A DNA stretch of 64,000 bases from the human T2T-CHM13v2.0 reference genome, Homo sapiens, in NCBI RefSeq assembly GCF_009914755.1, contig NC_060928.1, one strand, 5' to 3'. The first letter of the stretch is position 1. Every line of letters starts with the position of its first letter. The notes beneath the pieces were generated by a model. It was not told the origin of the DNA. It searched no databases and saw nothing but the letters and a program-made list of their open reading frames with translations. The translations under genes and the position numbers were made by a program. Shown piece by piece: positions 25,656-39,300 of the stretch.

Positions 25656-27313
25656 TTTAAATAAATATGATTGCAAAATCTTAGAAATGAAAGACACTTG
25701 AAATAGTTCAGTACAACCCATCATTTACAGATGAGGGACGTGGGCTTCAGAGAATGAGTCAGAGTCATTAGTGAGTGGCAGACCCAGGAGGAGCCACTCT
25801 CCTGTCTCTTGTGTCCTTGCCTGTGGCCTCCCTCTGCACTGAGAGAGCTTTCCCCACACACGATAGACACTCATTGGGTTGTCCAAGCATTTTCAAGAGT
25901 GCAAACAAAAGAGTATTTATTTTAAGAAAAGGTTTCATATGATTTAGATAGTTTATATAAACTGATGAAATAAACCTGGCCTGGGGGAATTTCATTTCAT
26001 CTGTAGCATTAGAAAAAAAAAGAATCAACAAAGCAGAAGGAAATGGAGAAGAGGGGAAGTTAACAGAATTGAAGCTAATTTTGATTTTTCACCATATCTC
26101 CAAATATGGGAAGGTATGGCCTTTGGATTTTCATCCTCAGTCTATCACTTACTAGGACTTCATCTGTATAAAGAAATAAGAGAGGGTACAGGAACGTTTA
26201 AATTTTTGGACTCATTTTGCCTACATGTAATCTGGAGGATGTGTGTTCGGTTCCCTTAGTACTGGTCTCCAGTTGGCTATGTAATAAGACTGCAAGGGGT
26301 CTTTTATAAGAGTAGCCCTGAACTGTTCACATTGTGTAATTTATTCTTGACAACCATCCTGGGAGAGATGCCGTGGAGATTCAATTATCTCCTTCTGTTG
26401 GAGAGGAAAGTGAGGCTCAGAAAAGGTAAGTGGTATACATGCCAAGTCCCTACATTGACATTTTCATGTCATACTTTTGGAGGATAGTTTCACTGATCAC
26501 AACCTCTTTCTCTTTCTCTCAAGCATAGTGGCCTATGCCCCAGGAATGTAGCATAATGCATATTTACATCTATCTCTGTATAGGCAGGTGTAGATTAAAT
26601 TGCAACATAATTGGCACAGCATTTGTCTCTATCTTAATGATGATACAGATGGAAAACTAAAAAAGATGAGAGATTTTTCTTCTAAAAAAAACTTTTAAAG
26701 TTATGGAGTTAGAACATATAGTTACTGTAGACCCAATCACCACAAGTGCTAGCAATTGTCCATGTATATACAGAGACTTAAAGGCAAATTGAGAGGCAAG
26801 CAGTTAATTATTTAAATGCTGTAGAGCTATGTAGCAGCCCAGAGATAAAGGTTAACGGGAAAGTTTTCAATCACAACTTTATTATGTAGGTATACACCAT
26901 AAGCTAAACTTAACTCAAACATAATCCACCTTCAGACCTCTGAGCAGCAAGTTATATAGGGAAGGAAGGATGACACAAGTTTGAATGACATCAGCCCAGC
27001 AAGCTAGACAAATTCTTTTGATAAAGTATGATAGATTCAAATTTCAGATCAGCCTCTCTTTTCCTCCAGAGTTCTGAACAATTTTTGACAGAATTGCCCT
27101 ATTTACTGGTTGCTTAGTTGCTTAGTTATAGGTAAATAGTTGCTATCTAAGACATCGAGTAACATTCAAGATTGTTTAGGGCCCTTAAAATAGTCTTGTT
27201 TTAGAATGACAAATTAATTATTTAATAATTATTATTATAATTATTAAAATTATATATTATATTGTATTATATATTATATAGATTATTAATAATTATTTAA
27301 TTTTTATGGCATT

Positions 27314-28195
27314 TGCATTAGTTAGGGTACAAGCTATGTTGTTTTACTAAGGATACCTTAAAATGCTTAAAACATTTTCTTATGCTCACAGATACTATGT
27401 GTTAGGAATTCAGATGGGAGTCAGAGGGGATGGCTTATCTTGTTTCAAGATAACTGGGGCCTCAGTTGAGAAAGCTTGTATGTCTAAGGGTGATTCAAAT
27501 GTTGTGGGGCAACCTGGAGATTTCTCTACTGACATAGCTGTACTCGGTCTCGGAGGACATGAAGGCTTGGTTCAGTTGGAACTGTCAATCAAGCACCTAT
27601 ATGTGGCCTTGGACATAACACAAGAGGGCAGCTGAATTCCAATGGGGAGCATCTTGGGGATGAGCATTCTGAGAAAACCAAGGAGAAGTCACAAGGCCTC
27701 TTCTGGCCAAGCTATGAAAGTCACATAGCATCACTCTGCTATCCTCCGTTGTATAAGAAGTCACAAGGCTTTTGAAAAAAGAAGACATAGACTACATAGA
27801 CTTCACCTTTTGATGTCATGTTTTCAAACTTTCACAAGGTCGTCAAACAAATAAACACGTCAACGGTGAGCGTTCCAGGGCTGGGAGTGGTCTTCTATCT
27901 TCAACCTATGGTTTCTTCCACTGACAGTAGTTTTCAGGCATCAGAAAGCGGAGAGTGCAGAGGAAGAATCCGTAAAGAGATGACCAGGAAACTGCATACT
28001 TCAGATTCTTTCACACTTCAGCAGCTTGAATTTAGTCCACATGGGCTCACATCACTAGAAAAGAGCCTAGGAGAATAGTATGTAGCTTGCAGGGAGTGAA
28101 GGTGTACACGTTCCCAGGTAAAAGTTGAGGGGTTCTGTTACTAAAAGTAAGAAGGAGAGAAGAAATACTGGAAGCAGGAAGCCTCCATCTGCCCC
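27314..28195 (-). mobile_element. MLT1 LTRs, probably one nested in another (MLT1H-like within MLT1J-like)
   Basis: tgcattagttagggt start, gctcacagat...ggaattcagatggg, aagtcacatagcatcactctgc, and ggttctgttactaa. Confidence 0.65.
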
Positions 28196-29399
28196 TCTGA
28201 CTTCTCTCTTCTCCCGAATTCCACACATACGCACCGTTTTTCCTATGCATACAACACACTCTCCCTTTCCCACTGACAGAGACAACTCAAAATTTCATCC
28301 TGTTTCTCCATACAGCACAAAGTCAGAATTTCTGGGTGATATTCCATCGTCTTCATCAGATCTAGCTCTGGTTTCTTTTATCTGGCACTACAAACAAAAA
28401 CCAAGCAAAATGTGCTGATGGCAGAGCCTCATAGTTGGCTCTGGGCAACTCACTTGTGGCTATTATAGACCCTTACACTACTCCGGGTAGGTTTAGGGAA
28501 AGGGTCACTGGAATTAGGTTTTTTATGGGAACTCTTGATTCACTAATGCATTTCTAAATATTTTTTCAGTGTCGTTTCATTTTTTGAAATAACAACCACT
28601 TCTGGCTATTACACGATAGAGAAATAAACTACATTTTAAAAATCCAATACTGTTGTATGGGTTTTTTTTTTCTTTTTCTTTTGGTTTCTGTTATAGCAGC
28701 TTAGCTTTTACCCAAATCAATACAGTATATATCACAAAATTACTTGAATTTTCTGCATTTATTTTAGTTTTAAATTTAAAGATGACTTTTTAAACAACAA
28801 GAATATATATTTGAGCAATTTAGGATTCAGCGAAGTAGAGTCTATTTTGCTTATTCTCACTTATCTTGTTCAATGATCTCAGCAGACGCTACAATACAAG
28901 CACACAGAGAAGAGCAGATGGCCTGGAAAAAGAATCAAAGCAAATTTGGCATTCATTGTTACTGTAATTGCCACTTCTTTTTCTTTAAAATGAGAAAAAT
29001 TATTATAGTTAGGTTTTGGAAATTTTCCTACAGACCTAGTGAAATCCAGGGGTGTTCCGAGACAGAGACTAGAAGAAAATCCTCTCATCCTTGCCCACTC
29101 TGTCCCACTAACTAATGAAGCCACCTGAAAATTGCCTGTGGAATAATTAGGTGAGGACTTTGCATTCATGAACTAGCTTCTGCAGCCTTTAATCCACCCC
29201 TGACTCTCTAGGAACAAACCAGACATTGGCAACATGTGGCAGGCTTAGGTTTATTTTTCGAAAGTATTTAAGGATTTTTTTGATTCTTTCTTTCTAAAGT
29301 CTTCTTAGGTTTATTTTAAATTCTAGGATCAAAATGATATAGTAATACTTCAGTTAGCCAGATTACCTGGGTAAAGTTTAGTCCTGTTAACTGGTGGTG

Positions 29400-29730
29400 T
29401 TTTTTGGGTGGTTTTGTTGTTGTTGTTGTTGTAGTTGTTGTTGTTGTTGTTTTTGAGGCAGAGTCTCACTTTGTCACTCAGGCTGGAGTGCAGTGGGACG
29501 ATCTCAGCTCACCTCTGCTTCCCAGGTTCAAGCAATTCTCCTGCCTCACCCTCCTGAGTAGCTGGGATTACAGGCGTGCACCTCATTGCCCCGCTAATTT
29601 TTTTATTTTTAGTAGAGATGGGGTTTCACCATGTTGGCCAGGCTGGTCTCAACCTCCTGACCTCAAGGCAGGCAGCCACCTCAGCCTCCCAAAGTGCTGG
29701 GATTACAGGTGTGAGCCACCACACCCAGCC
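29400..29730 (-). mobile_element. AluS with a (GTT)n tail
   Basis: Alu dimer preceded by (gtt)n. Confidence 0.92.
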
Positions 29731-31119
29731 TGGAGTTTAATGAAATGAAACAGGTTATTTTCATTTCAAAAATTGTTACTGAAAAATGTTTACAAATTCA
29801 TTAGTGAATCAAGCGTTCCCACATAAAACCTAATTTCAGTGACCCTTATCCTAAACCTACCTGGAGTAGTGTATGGGTCTGTCCCTAGTGTGGTTACATA
29901 AAGCGCCAAGGTTCCTCGCCATAAGCAGTTTATTCCAAGAAAAAAAGAGTATCAAGAAGCATAGTTCAAGTTCTGAAAAGAAGCATGTTTCTAAACAGAG
30001 TTCTCAGATTGTCCTTTAATTCGGTCTCCATGAACACACACCTGAGTCCACAACAAGGCAGTTGCAATAAAAATAGGAGAAGAAAGAAAGAAAGAAGACC
30101 TGCACAGTGTGGAGCATGTGTTTGGATTTCAAACATGAGATGATGCCAACACCACAGACATTAGCACCCTTCACACTAGCAACCTGCATTTGCTGCCTGG
30201 GCATCAGTGGCCATTAGTGTCAGGAAAGGCTGCCTTAATCTTTAGAGGATTTATGACTAAAAATATTAGGGGCATTTTCTCACATGGAAATTAAAAAATA
30301 GTAATTCCAAACTGCTAAATACATGTAAGTAAATTTAAATAGAAATTCTGATTTTTGCCATAAAAAATCACGATTTTAAAAATAATTAATGTTAAATTAT
30401 TTACAGAAATTTTTCTGATGCCATTTTTTTTTAGTTTCCTAAGCATGTGTTTCCCTTCCTATTTGCTAATCTAGGTTGGCTTTAATGGCAGTCCCGTAGA
30501 AGTGGGGAAAGTTGAGCATCAGTACTCTCAGCATTAATAGCATCTCGCTCAGAACAAAGATGCCTATGCCACCAGAAGGCATCAGTAGAGACAGAAAGCA
30601 CAGACAGGGCAAGCTACAGCAGGAGAAGAGAAGCTTAGCAGGCACCACAGGTCATCAGGAGTACTAGTTTATCTAGCACACTTGGGAAACTGTCTGCAGT
30701 CTACAAGAACTATTCAGGAGGAATTTGTTAGGAGTCTAGAGTTTCTGCAGAGCAGTTGAGAAAAGAGAGAAAAATGGGTTTATAATAAGAATTGTGAGTC
30801 TATTTTTACTTTCAGGTTGATATGATCGGGGGGCATCTATATAAATGTGCATAAGATATGTGTGTGTAATAGAAGATAAAGAATATATTGCAAATAATTG
30901 AGTCTTGGTGATCGAAAACCTTGAGGTGCCATAATCAGAAATCATTGAACATTGCTTGTATTATAAATTAGCCTCAATGTACAAAAAGAATGCAGAGGTG
31001 ATTGTATTTAATGTGCAACCTGCCATAATGTTCTGAAAGCTATTTTCTCTTGTATTCAATTTTCCATCATTGTGTTTTTGTTCTTGTTGTTTAAGGCTGC
31101 CAAGAATATTTCTGGTAAA

Positions 31120-32380
<1,261 letters not shown>

Positions 32381-32651
32381 TATCGCATTTCATGTGGATC
32401 CTCTTACACACTATGGTCTTCTGTTATCAAAATGTAAAATTCCCTTACTCTGTCTATTGAGTATGAAACACTGTATCATGCTTTTATGAGTGAGAACTAA
32501 GTAAATGGTATCATGATGAAAAAGTCTGTTTTAAAAGTCAAAAATGAAAGGACAGTGGCTGATAATGAATCCTCCAATAGCCATATTTAAACATAATACT
32601 TCCTTAAAAGCAATAGTTTCAATTATTCTATGCATTCTTTCCATTGCTGAA

Positions 32652-32905
32652 AAGCAGTGTAGGATTGCGATTAAGGATATATTTTCTAGAATGAACTGTA
32701 TCTTTATTGTTAGTTCAGCCTCTTTCTAGTTGTGTGATCTTGAGCAATTCATTTAAGCTCTCTGTGTGTGAGTGACCTCGTATGCAAAATGATGTTAATT
32801 TGTGGATAACCAACCACACAGGATTTTTGTAAGAATTAAATAAGATATTTCAGGTTAAGCATTTAAAAAAGGAGTTGGCTTGTTCAAAGTGTTTAATAAG
32901 CAATA
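32652..32905 (+). mobile_element. MIR
   Basis: tagttgtgtgatcttgagcaattcatttaagctctctgtg...gtaagaattaaataaga. Confidence 0.75.
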
Positions 32906-33555
32906 TCTTAAATGACCGGTGGTTTTTGTTGTTATTCTGACATAAGCTCCCCAGAATGATCTCAGATTTTTTTTTTATATCTATAGCAAATGAACCCAAA
33001 GTTGGTTCATGACCTAAGTGGCAACCGTGTTCATTTCAAGAGAAGCTTATATAAGGTGAATATGTACATTTTTTTTCTTCTAGATAAATACAGATCTTTT
33101 CCCGTGTTAAGAAAAGTAAAAAAGCATATTCAATATTTTAAAAAGTATATTAAGTTAGGGGGAAATTTAACTGTTTGGCATTATTTACAAGAAATAACCA
33201 GCTAGTGTTTTAAGTTTTTCCTGCAATGTTGATTCAGTTCTACTCTCACTAAACCACTTATGTGAAGGATAAAAGGGAGAGATCAGAAAATCTGAAAAAT
33301 GAAACATTCATAACTTCAATGCAACTAATAAGCCTTAATTGCAAGAAACTGAGGAAGGCATTTGTTCTTTGGGCTTTCTGGTGATGCATTTCTAAGCAGA
33401 GAAAATTAACTTGGAGAGTCAGCTCACCATATGCAGGAGAGGATATGGGCAGAAACCTGCAGAGTAGAGGAAGGGAAGGGGAAATTCAGAAAATAAGAGG
33501 ATTGAATAACAAAAGACATCAAATCAAAAATTTCAAGTCAAAAACAGAGAAATAA

Positions 33556-33865
33556 GGCCATGCACAGTGGTGCATGCTGTAATCCCAGCACTTTGGGAGG
33601 CTGAGGCGGGAGGATCACTTGAGCCCAGGAGTTCGAGACCAGCCTGAGCAACGTGGTGAAATCCCGTCTCTACAAAAAAATAAAAAAAATCTAACAGGGC
33701 AAGGTGGTACTTGCCTGTAGTCCCAGCTGCTTGGGAGGCTGAGTTGAGGGGATCACTTGAGCTCAGAAGTGCAAGGCTGCAGTGAGTCATGATCATGCCA
33801 CTCCACTCCACTCTGGCTAACAGAGCAAGACCTTTTCTCAAACAAACAAATAAGCAAACAAAAAG
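33556..33865 (+). mobile_element. AluJ
   Basis: gatcacttgagcccagg and gctgcagtgagtcatgatc. Confidence 0.92.
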
Positions 33866-35574
33866 AGAAGAATAGTATCCTGACCCTTTCCCTCTCCCCA
33901 CTTTCCAAAAATCCCTATTAGCGTATCTTGTGTTAAAAGAAAGAAATGAGAACTGTGAGAAAATAATTTAAGAGAAGTATAACCCCTGCTGTGTGATGCT
34001 CAGTGCAGCTTCTGGACAATGAAAAAGACCCAATTCTCTCTCTTAATATTTTTAGATATTTAAATGCCTTCTTCTGAATAGTCAACAATTCTTTCTTAAA
34101 GCTTTATGTCTTATAATTGTCTAAAAATAAGCACTGTGTTTAATATTATATATATATATATAAAATGCAACAAAATCATTTTCCTTTCTACATACACATA
34201 TAGTATGTGTTCAATAGATTTATACCTGATTGAAGCTTTACTAGAAAGATATGAAAGATAAAAGTGGCAAGGTACAATGTGAAAGGGCAAAAATATAAGA
34301 GGACTCTAAAGGCCCATTTCAATCTCTTTAATATAACTTTCTACATAATGCAGAACAATCAGATACATATTTTAGAGAAAGCAGCATACAAACAAAGGCA
34401 AAAAAAAAAACAAAACACCATACTGCATGCACATTTTGCTCTGGGGAAACCACCCACACTCTTAGAATTAAAAATATGCCCCTAGGGCATTTTTTGCCAA
34501 GAATAATTTATCTTTCTCCATGTTTACATGTTCAAAGAAATCTTTCTACTATTTCCCTCTACTTTTGACACAAATTTATACTTATGCAACCTAACCCTGA
34601 TCTAGCTAGCCTCTGTTCTAATGCATTTTTTTTTGGTTGGCAAAATCCAAACTTAGTATTTATTATCTTTGGTCTCACAGAAAATTGGTCTAAGTGGAGT
34701 CAGGGTGTGTTGGGTAGAGATAACTTCCACACAGTGACAGCTTTGGCTGCCAGGTAGTTATGTCCTCAGGTTGACTAACATGTCCTTATTCTGATTCCAC
34801 ACTCCTCGGAGAGAGAGTAGAATGGGAAGAGCTAAGATCATGCACTGGATCCATCCATTTATAGCCAGGGTTGGAGTTGGAGTGGGAAGCATAAGGGGAC
34901 ACACTCAGGACTTGGCAGCCTTCAGAAAGTGTGGCTATGGGATGAGCCACACCTCCAAATTATCTCAAGCTCTAGCCAGGGCTTATTTATCAACAGGATA
35001 AAAAAGTATTCAGGGAAGGAAACTGTTTAAAGAGATATTCTTCGGATGTTATTTTTTAAAAGAGTTGTGGCATTGCTTTACAGGTTCAAGGACATGGTAT
35101 TGTGACAGTGACAAAACAGAAAATCCAAAGGTATCTTATTGCAGTTACAGGCTAGATTATTCTTTATCTCAGGTCAAGGAAAGCCAGGCTAGCTTGGATG
35201 ACACTAGTCCTCTCACAAGACTCCTGCAATATAAAACAGAAAGCAATAGTTTTGAATAGGTTCTTCTATCAAATTTCACTGTGCTTTTCTGAGCATGATG
35301 TAGGCAAATGTGGCCAGAAGAAGATGCCATGATTACTCTTTTCTGTATCCAATCTTTCTCAAATAAGTAGCACTGGATATAAGAGGCTACCAAAATGTTA
35401 CATGCCTCCAAATGCTTCATTCTTAATGCCAGATCAAAAGTAATAGTAGCATAAATTTAGTTTTTAATAAAAGTGATTACTGTAGTCTTAGTTGCAGTAT
35501 TGTATTCTATTTGATGATAATAACTATAGAAGAGAAGAAATGGAGTATTTTATGCTTAACTATTACTTTTAAAT

Positions 35575-36047
35575 AAACATTCCCAGCATATAAAAATCCA
35601 TAGTAATATGGACAAGCTTACTCTAAAATTTATATGGAAAATTATAGGCCTACAATAGATAATTCAATCTTGAAAAAGAAGAATAAAGTGGAGGAATCAC
35701 TCTACTTTATATTAAACTTTAGTATATCACCACACCAAGCAAGACATATAGTCTTGGTGAAAGGATTGATATCTAGATCTATGGAATAGGAAAAAAAGCT
35801 CATCGATGCACCCACATACATATGCCCAACTTATTTTCTTAATAGATTCATAAGCAATTCGGTAGAGGAAGGATAGTCTTTGAAAAAATGAGTGCTGGAA
35901 CTATTGAACTTCATAAGTAAAACAAAAACAAAACAAACATTGACCAAACCTCACACTTTAAACAAAACTAACTCCAAAATAGATTACAGAAATAAACGTA
36001 ATACATGAAACTATAATTTTTTTAACAATTAGGAGAAATTCTTCAAG
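35575..36047 (+). mobile_element. L1MD-like LINE, ORF2 3' part (left of the nested insertion)
   Basis: aaaatttatatggaaa...gaaaaagaagaataaagtggagga...tgctggaact. Continues collinearly at 41755. Confidence 0.8.
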
Positions 36048-36378
36048 TTTTTTTATCCTTTAACAATTTTATTTTCTAACTGTGAAAATATATGGACATA
36101 CGATTGGTTTTGTATAATGACTTTGGCATATTGACCTAGCAATATTTTTCAATTTACTTACTAATTCTCAGCATAGATTCTTATGGGACTGTCTGTATGT
36201 GGTAATCATGCGGTCTGTGAATAATGACGGTTTATTTATTTCAAATTTTCATGCCTTTTATTTCTTTTTGCTTTATTGTCCTGGCTAAGATATTCAGCAC
36301 ACTGTTGAATGGAAGGGATGTTAGCTGACATCCGTATCTTATTTAAGATCTCAAAGTGCAAGATTTTAATATTTATTA
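36048..36378 (-). mobile_element. Old L1M ORF2 fragment, probably 3'-transduced by the adjacent L1PB
   Basis: Diverged L1 RT-region sequence (ctggctaagatattcagcacactgttgaat). It ends in minus-strand AATAAA (36068-36073) and an A7 tail inside the TSD. Confidence 0.65.
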
Positions 36379-39300
36379 TTATTTTTTAATTATTTCAACA
36401 GGTTTTTTGGGAACTGGTGATGTTTGGTTACATGAATAAGTTCTTTACTGGTGATTTCTGACATTTTGGTGTACTCATCACCTGAGCAGTGTGCACTGTA
36501 TCCAGTGTTAGTCTTTTATCCCTTATCCTCCCTCACCGTTTCCCCCAAGTCCTCAAAGTCCGTTGTATCATTCTTATGCCTTTGCATCCTCATAGCTTAG
36601 CTTCCACTGATGAAGAGATGATGTTTGGTTTTCCATTCCTGAGTTACTTCACTTAGAATAATGATCTCCAATTCCATTCAGGTTGCTGAAAATGCCATTA
36701 TTTCGTTCCTTTTTATGGCTGAGTAGTATTCCATAGTGTGTGTGTGTGTGTATACACTATATATATATATATATCACATTTTCTTTATTCACTCTTTGAT
36801 TGATGGGCATTTGAGCTGGTTTCATATTTTTTCAATTGCAAATTGTGCTGCTATAAACATGCGTTTATAGCACTCATGCATTTGCACGTATCTATTTCGT
36901 ATAATGACTTCTTCTGGGCAAAAGGAGTAGGGTCTAAAGATCTACTTTTAGTTCTTTAAGGAATCTCCACACCATTTTCCATTGTGGTTATACTAGTTTA
37001 CATTCCCATCAACAGTGTTAAATTGTTTCCTTTTCACCAAATCCACACCAACATCTATTAATTTTTGATTTTTTTATTAGGGCCATTCTTTCAGGAGTGA
37101 GGTGGTATCCCACTGTGGTTTTGATTTGCATTTCCCTGATCATTAGTGATGTTGGGCATTTTTTAATATGTTTACAGGCCATTTGTATATCTTCTTTGAG
37201 AATTGTCTATTCATGTCCTTAGCCAACTTTTTGATGGGATTGTTTGTTTAATTCTTGCTGATTTGTTTGAGTTCCTTGTCAATTCTGGATATCAATCCTT
37301 TGTCAGATGTATATATTAAGAAGGTTTTCTCCATCTCTGTGGGTTGTCTGTTGACTCTGCTGATTATTTCAGTTGCTGTGCCCAAGCTTTTTAGTTGAAT
37401 TAAATTCCATCTATTTATCTTTGTTTTCATTACATTTGCTTTTGGGTTCTTGGTCATGAAGTCTTTGCCTAACCCAATGTCTAGAAGGGTTTTTCCAACG
37501 TTATCTTCTAGAATTTTTATGGTTTCAACTCTTAGATTTAAGTCTTTGATCCATCTTAAGTCAATTTTTGTATAAGGTGAGAGATGAGGATCCAGTTTCA
37601 TTCTTCGACATGTGGGTTGCCAATTATTCCAGTGTCATTTGTTGAATAGGATATCCTTTCCCCACTTCATATTTTTGTTTGTTTTGTTGAAGATCAGTTG
37701 GCTGTAAGTGTTTGGCTTTATCTCTTGGTTCTCTATTCTCTTCCATTGGTCTGTATGCCTGTTTTTATACCAGTACCATGCTGTTTTGCTGATGATGGCC
37801 TTAGAGTATAGTTTGAAGTCAAGTAATGTGATGCCTCCAGATTTGTTCTTTTTGCTTAATCTTGCTTTGGCTATGAGCACTCTTTTTTGGTTCCATATGA
37901 ATTTTAGGATTGTTTTTTCTCGTTCTGTGAAGAATGATGGTGGTATTTTGATGGGAATTGCATTGAATTTGTAGATTGCTTTTGGCAGTATGGTCATTTT
38001 CACAATATTGATTTTACTCATCCATGAGAATGGGATGTGTTTCCATTTGTTTGTGTATGATTTCTTTCAGCAGTGTTTTGTTGTTTTCCTTGTATAGGTC
38101 TTTCACCTCCGTGGTTAAGTATAGTCCCAAATATATATATATATATATATATATTTGCAGCTATTGTAAAAGGGGTTGAGTTCATGATTTGATTCTCAGC
38201 TTTGTTGCTATTCATGTATAGCAGGGCTACTGATTTGTGTACATTAATTTTGTATCCTGAAACTTTGCTGAATTCATTTAACAGTTCTAGGAACTTTTGG
38301 TTGAGTCTTTAGGGTTTTCTAGGTATACGATCATATCATCAGCAAAGACTGGCAGTTTCACTTCCTCTTTACCGATTTGGATGCCCTTTATTTCTTTCTC
38401 TTGTGTGATTGCTCTGGCTAGGACTTCCAATACTATGTTGAAGAGGAGTGATGAGCGTAGGCACCCTTGTCTTGTTCTAGTTCGCACGGGAAATGCTTTC
38501 AACTTTTTCCCATTAAATATAATGTTGTTGGCTGTGGGTTTGTCACAGGTGGTTTTTATTACCTTAAGGCATATCCCTTCTACGTGGATTTTGCTGAGGA
38601 CTTTAATCATAAAGGGATGCTGGATTTTGTCAAATATTTTTTCTGTGTTTATTGAGATGATCATGTGATTCTTGTTTTTAATTCTGTTTATGTTGTATAT
38701 CACATTTATGGACTTGTGTATGTTAAAGCATCCCTGCATCCCTGGTATGAAACCCACTTGATCATGGTAGATTATCTTTTTAATACGTGGTTGGATTCAG
38801 TTAGCTAGTATTTTATTGAGGATTTTTGCATCTAGGTTAATCAGTGATATGGGTCTCCAGTTTTATTTTTTTGTTATGTCCTTTCCTGGTTTTGATATTA
38901 CAGTGATACTGGCTTCATTGAATGATTTAGGGAGGATTTTCTCTTTCTCTGTCTTTTGGAATAGTGTAACTAGGATTGGTACCAATTTTTCTTTGAATGC
39001 CTGATAGAATTCAGCTGTGAATCCGTCTGGTCCTGGGCTTATTTTTGTTTGGTAACATTTTGATTACTATTTCAATCTCACTGCTTGTTATTGGTCTGTT
39101 CAGAGTTTCTATTTCTTCCTGGTTTAATCTAGGAGGGTTGTATCTTTCCAGGAATTTACACATCTCCTCTAGGTTTTCTAGTTTATGTGCATACAGGTGT
39201 TCATAGTAGCCTCGAGTGATCTTTTGTATTTCTGTAGTAACAGTTGTAATATCTCCCATTTCATTTTTAATTGAGCTTATTTGGATCTTCTCTTTTTTTC

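Noticed and set aside
27205-27305. Extremely AT-rich, palindrome-like tract
   Set aside because: It is low-complexity (TAT/ATA)n decay, too short and imperfect to call a PATRR.
34620-34995. Possible old LTR or regulatory block
   Set aside because: I could not assign a family, termini or TSD with any confidence.
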